DNA from: Chlorokybus atmophyticus
Taxonomy: Eukaryota > Plantae > Mesostigma and Chlorokybus algae
Assembly: GCA_009103225.1 (NCBI GenBank)
Contig: RHPI01000193.1
Span: 349,612 to 413,611, forward strand
DNA: 64,000 nt
Direction of reading: 5' to 3'
Shown piece by piece: positions 60,681 to 64,000 of this stretch. Numbering within the stretch: the stretch's first letter is position 1; each line of letters begins with the position of its first letter. The position numbers and the translations under genes were made by a program. Under the pieces are notes generated by a model, which made no database searches, had not been told where the DNA came from, and was given only the letters and a program-made list of their open reading frames with translations.

Positions 60681-63250
60681 CTACGACACTGATCAGCAGC
60701 CTGTGACGGACGTGCGGCGCGTGTGCGTACGCTTTCACAACAGACATTCGTACCACCACACCACTCGCACGGTAGCCACAGCTATCTTTTTAGACGACGC
60801 CAACCATGCGACGCGTGAGTTGCTGCTTGGTGTTGTTTGTCACTTGCACATAGTTACGTGGGTTGCAAAGTTATGCTGCACACATTGGGTCCGGCCTCTT
60901 AATTGCCTTGTCACAGAGGTCCTTGGGTACCTATGGAGGGAACAAGCGCTTCGGATTGTGGAGGATACGTGCCTGAATGTTATCATGTAAGGGCAGTGTT
61001 GTGTCAATCACATCAAGTTACACACCGGAGACATCCCTGCTGGTCGTGTGCAGGTGGTTCACGCGCCGTTTTGCGTATAAGTATTGCGGCTTCACCGGTT
61101 TGCCATTTCCTATGAGCTCCTATGACAGTCCTCTGGAGGCGATTGTGTTAGCCCCTCGAGGTTTGTGAAGTAACGCTTGCAGCCGTTATGCTTGCCTGTA
61201 CGGTGTGCCCCAACTCACTGTGATCGTGTTCAACCCACACGCCCAGGTTGGCAGCCCAAGAAGCCATGGCCCCCAAGCAAAGAGAGGTGCGAGGTTTTAC
61301 GCCAGTATCGATTACAGATGGGGCAGTACCTGGATGTCTGGTGGGATACATTGACGGGACGCAGCAAGCCCGGCTTCAACCTGTTTCACGACCTCTTGGC
61401 GAAGGGCGATCGCTGCACAGTGGATGGACATAAGTTGACACGCGCTGAGGTTGTCGAAAACCATGGAACTGACGTGTCATGGCCCGACGCGTGTTGATGT
61501 TGCCAGCTCCAGGTCTCAACCATAGGAAGGCCGCGGAACGCGTCTTACCAATGGCGCTGGTACGCGGCGTGTACATATGTAGCACAGCTTGTTAGTTTGG
61601 GTGCTTTGTGGTGTTCCTGCACCCTACGCATGCCCCCTGCAACTCTGCAACTCTCAGTTCGCATGGCTCGTGCCGCACGGGCTTGTTCAGCATGGGTTAG
61701 TAGCTGTATTGTGCTAGTTGTTGCGAAACTGGCAGAGTCTCAGAATGGCAGCTCACAAACTTTCCCATCAGCCATGTGGCAGCGTTCAGAGCAGCAACAG
61801 CAACCGGTTCGTCTTTGTTGCGCTTAGCAGTGCGTGCCAGAAGTGGTGTATGTGAACTTGTCTCACAACCTAAACCTCCTGTGCCTGCTGCTTGCTTGGT
61901 TTCCTTGAGATTTCTCTCAGCTCATAGCCATTGATCTCATCCTACCTTGGGTTCTCAACAACCGAAAGCCTCTGCGCCGTTGGGCCGCGCAGCGCCACAT
62001 ACCTCGTGGGCCATTGATCTGATCCTACCGGAACAAGTTGCCGGCGCATGCACTGCTGTAGGGCCCAGCACACGACTTTGCCGGTGCTTGGCCATTGCTA
62101 TGGCTACCACCTAACTTGCCACTTGTGCGCGACCCATACACTAGTATAGCGCAGTCCGTGTCCACGGTCCATGCCTATGCACGGCATGCGCACGGTGTTT
62201 CACTCCATGTGCTGCAACGGCGAATCTGTCAATATCAATAGTGTGCACGAGTGTGCGTGCATGCGCAATTATAGTCTGCATGCACACTGGCTGATAAGGG
62301 GTCTTGGCGCGCCTGTGCCTGTGGAGGCTTTGGTAGCTGGGCACATCTTATGTCGTCGTTGGTGGCTACATTCAACTCGCTTGCCGAGTGACTTCACAGG
62401 CCATGCCTGGCAACAAAGAGTGACATGATGAGCTGCAGGTTGGCTTTGTCTCCTCCTTGACTGTTTGCATGCATACAAGCCTTCAACTTAGTCATGCCAA
62501 ATTGCGATTTAGTTCATGGGGATGATGAGTCCCGCGCAGCTGTACCAGCACGAGCAAGCAAGACAAGGTGCCCGTGCTCACCCGCACGCACATGCACAAG
62601 TACATGACACACGCACGCAGGCATCCAAGCGCACGCATTGGCTTGCTCTTGTGTGCACAGCACTTCACGACAGTGCTATGCGAGGGCGCCTTGTTCATTG
62701 CAAGCGGGACGCCTCTGTCTGAACTGAATGGCAGCCACGCAGCGAAAGGGCCTTCACATGCTTCTGATCGTTATGGTTGTGGATCAACATCATCGGTGTT
62801 ATTGCATCGTTTGCCCGGCGGAGGAGTGCCTTCCGGTTATCTTCCCTCTTGAAGTTGCTGTTCCCAGTGAAGGGGTAGCTTGTTGTTGTGCTGTGCTATG
62901 CCGCGCACTTGCCCATGAACCACGGTTTGACTCATCAGCGCCGTTCTGCCACAGATTGGACGGCACGGAGCTGGTGCTCACATCCAACATGGTGACCGTA
63001 AACGTCGTTGTCATTGTTGTTGTTGTGCCACATCATGTGTGCGCAGATCTTGCTGCACGCATCCATGACGCTGGCGGCGACGATCAGTCATGGTGTGGGG
63101 TCGGCCGCTGGTTTGTCGGTGCGGACGTTGTTGCACGCGCCGCTGCGCTTGCGTTCAGCACAAACCGAGTGTGCATCTGACATAGTTGTGATGTGCAACA
63201 CACACGCTTTGCCTGCGCACAGGCTGTGCGACTGCATCTGGCGAGCAAGA
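60630..63250 (+). mobile_element. Decayed, intron-containing Mutator-like (MULE) transposase
   Basis: WRKY/FAR1-like ECDVWFRLYY..VRFHNRH (60650-60755); first-D region ELNGSHAAKG/LHMLLIVMVVDQHHR (62725-62800; D changed to N); FVGAD..ARAAALAF...RVCI*H = MULE C.WH motif with TGG changed to TGA (63180). Confidence 0.5.
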
Positions 63251-63689
63251 GATTGAAGAGTGCTGCGCAGTGCCATAACGCGTGCCCTTCGGAGCACGGG
63301 TCGTGCTGCCTGCATCTGCACTCACAGTGAGTGCAGGAATGGTTGTGCTACTACGCCTGCAACTCACACAAAAGACTCACGGTGCACAGTAAACGGCTGC
63401 TGCCTGCTTGAGTTGCGTGCATTCGCGGGTGTGGGAGGCAGTTGAGTTACAAGCACACAGCGTTCACTACTGTACACATGTAGCGGCGGCGTGGCATGCT
63501 GCAAGCCTCCAACGCCCACTGGGACTGTGCCTCAACGTAGGGCACTTGCTTTGCTCGTCAGTTATGTGCTTGAGGATGGCCAAGGCAGTGTCGGGGCGGA
63601 AGATGGCCATTGGCGGATCGACAGCCACTGGCATGTGTGCATCATGCGGTTGAGCACCCTTGTGTGCTGCGAATGAGTTGTTTGTGTAA

Positions 63690-63920
63690 CTGGTAACACG
63701 CGTACGCATGCACGCAAGTGACAAGGTGGTTCCGCATATCGAAGGCGTGTTCGCTGGTGCGGGATGAGGGAGAAATTTGCAAGACGATTCACGTGCTGCA
63801 CACGATCCACCTTATCTCGTTGGCTTTGGCCGGCGAATCCTGCGGACAACGCGGCGCACCCCCCATCACAACCAACCCGACAACATCCCAACGACGCCAC
63901 CTGTTACGCGTGTGGGGTGA
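63690..63920 (-). mobile_element. CRE-clade non-LTR RT fragment (domain 7 to thumb)
   Basis: GLVVMG.AP then KVDRVQHVNRLANFSLIPHQRTRLRYAEPPCHLRACVRVLP resembles G+.vlG.PiG..f...kv......L..l...Q.a..lLr.c..p.l.yllR..pp; frameshifted. Confidence 0.5.
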
Positions 63921-64000
63921 CGCTACCACCACACACTGCAACAAGTACAGTACAGGGCGGGGGTGGACAGGGGAGAGAGGTGTCGCATTGCTTCCCGTCG

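Overview
Eukaryotic, intron-rich nuclear DNA from a green-lineage organism, most likely an early-diverging streptophyte alga. This is inferred from plant-type LPA3, KOBITO1, NRAMP and CDPK sequences, GT-AG introns full of CA/TG and TGCA tracts, and roughly 50% GC. Seven apparently intact spliced genes were assembled by hand: an ILKAP-type PP2C (-), LPA3 (+), an SMP-C2 synaptotagmin-like gene (+), a conserved plastid 'WDPEG' protein (-), a Glo3/AGD8-10-type ArfGAP (+), a DUF1622 membrane protein (+) and KOBITO1/ELD1 (+). Two pairs are head-to-head across short shared promoters. There are two decayed, intron-retaining host-gene copies (a CDPK and a 5'-truncated NRAMP) and a decayed PHD-finger gene with tandemly multiplied mini-exons. 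Mobile-element relics include hAT, Penelope-like RT fragments, nested TA-flanked pogo/Tc1-type MITEs, an intron-containing Crypton tyrosine-recombinase element abutting the NRAMP relic, CRE-type non-LTR fragments and a MULE. Unexplained structures include two perfect 39-bp palindromes inside a hairpin and motif-array block (56.1-57.7 kb), fold-back hairpins at Penelope-like remnants, CCTGG clusters and a 473-bp (AG)n. No rRNA, tRNA or CRISPR array was recognised. All family assignments come from motif recall, not from a database search.
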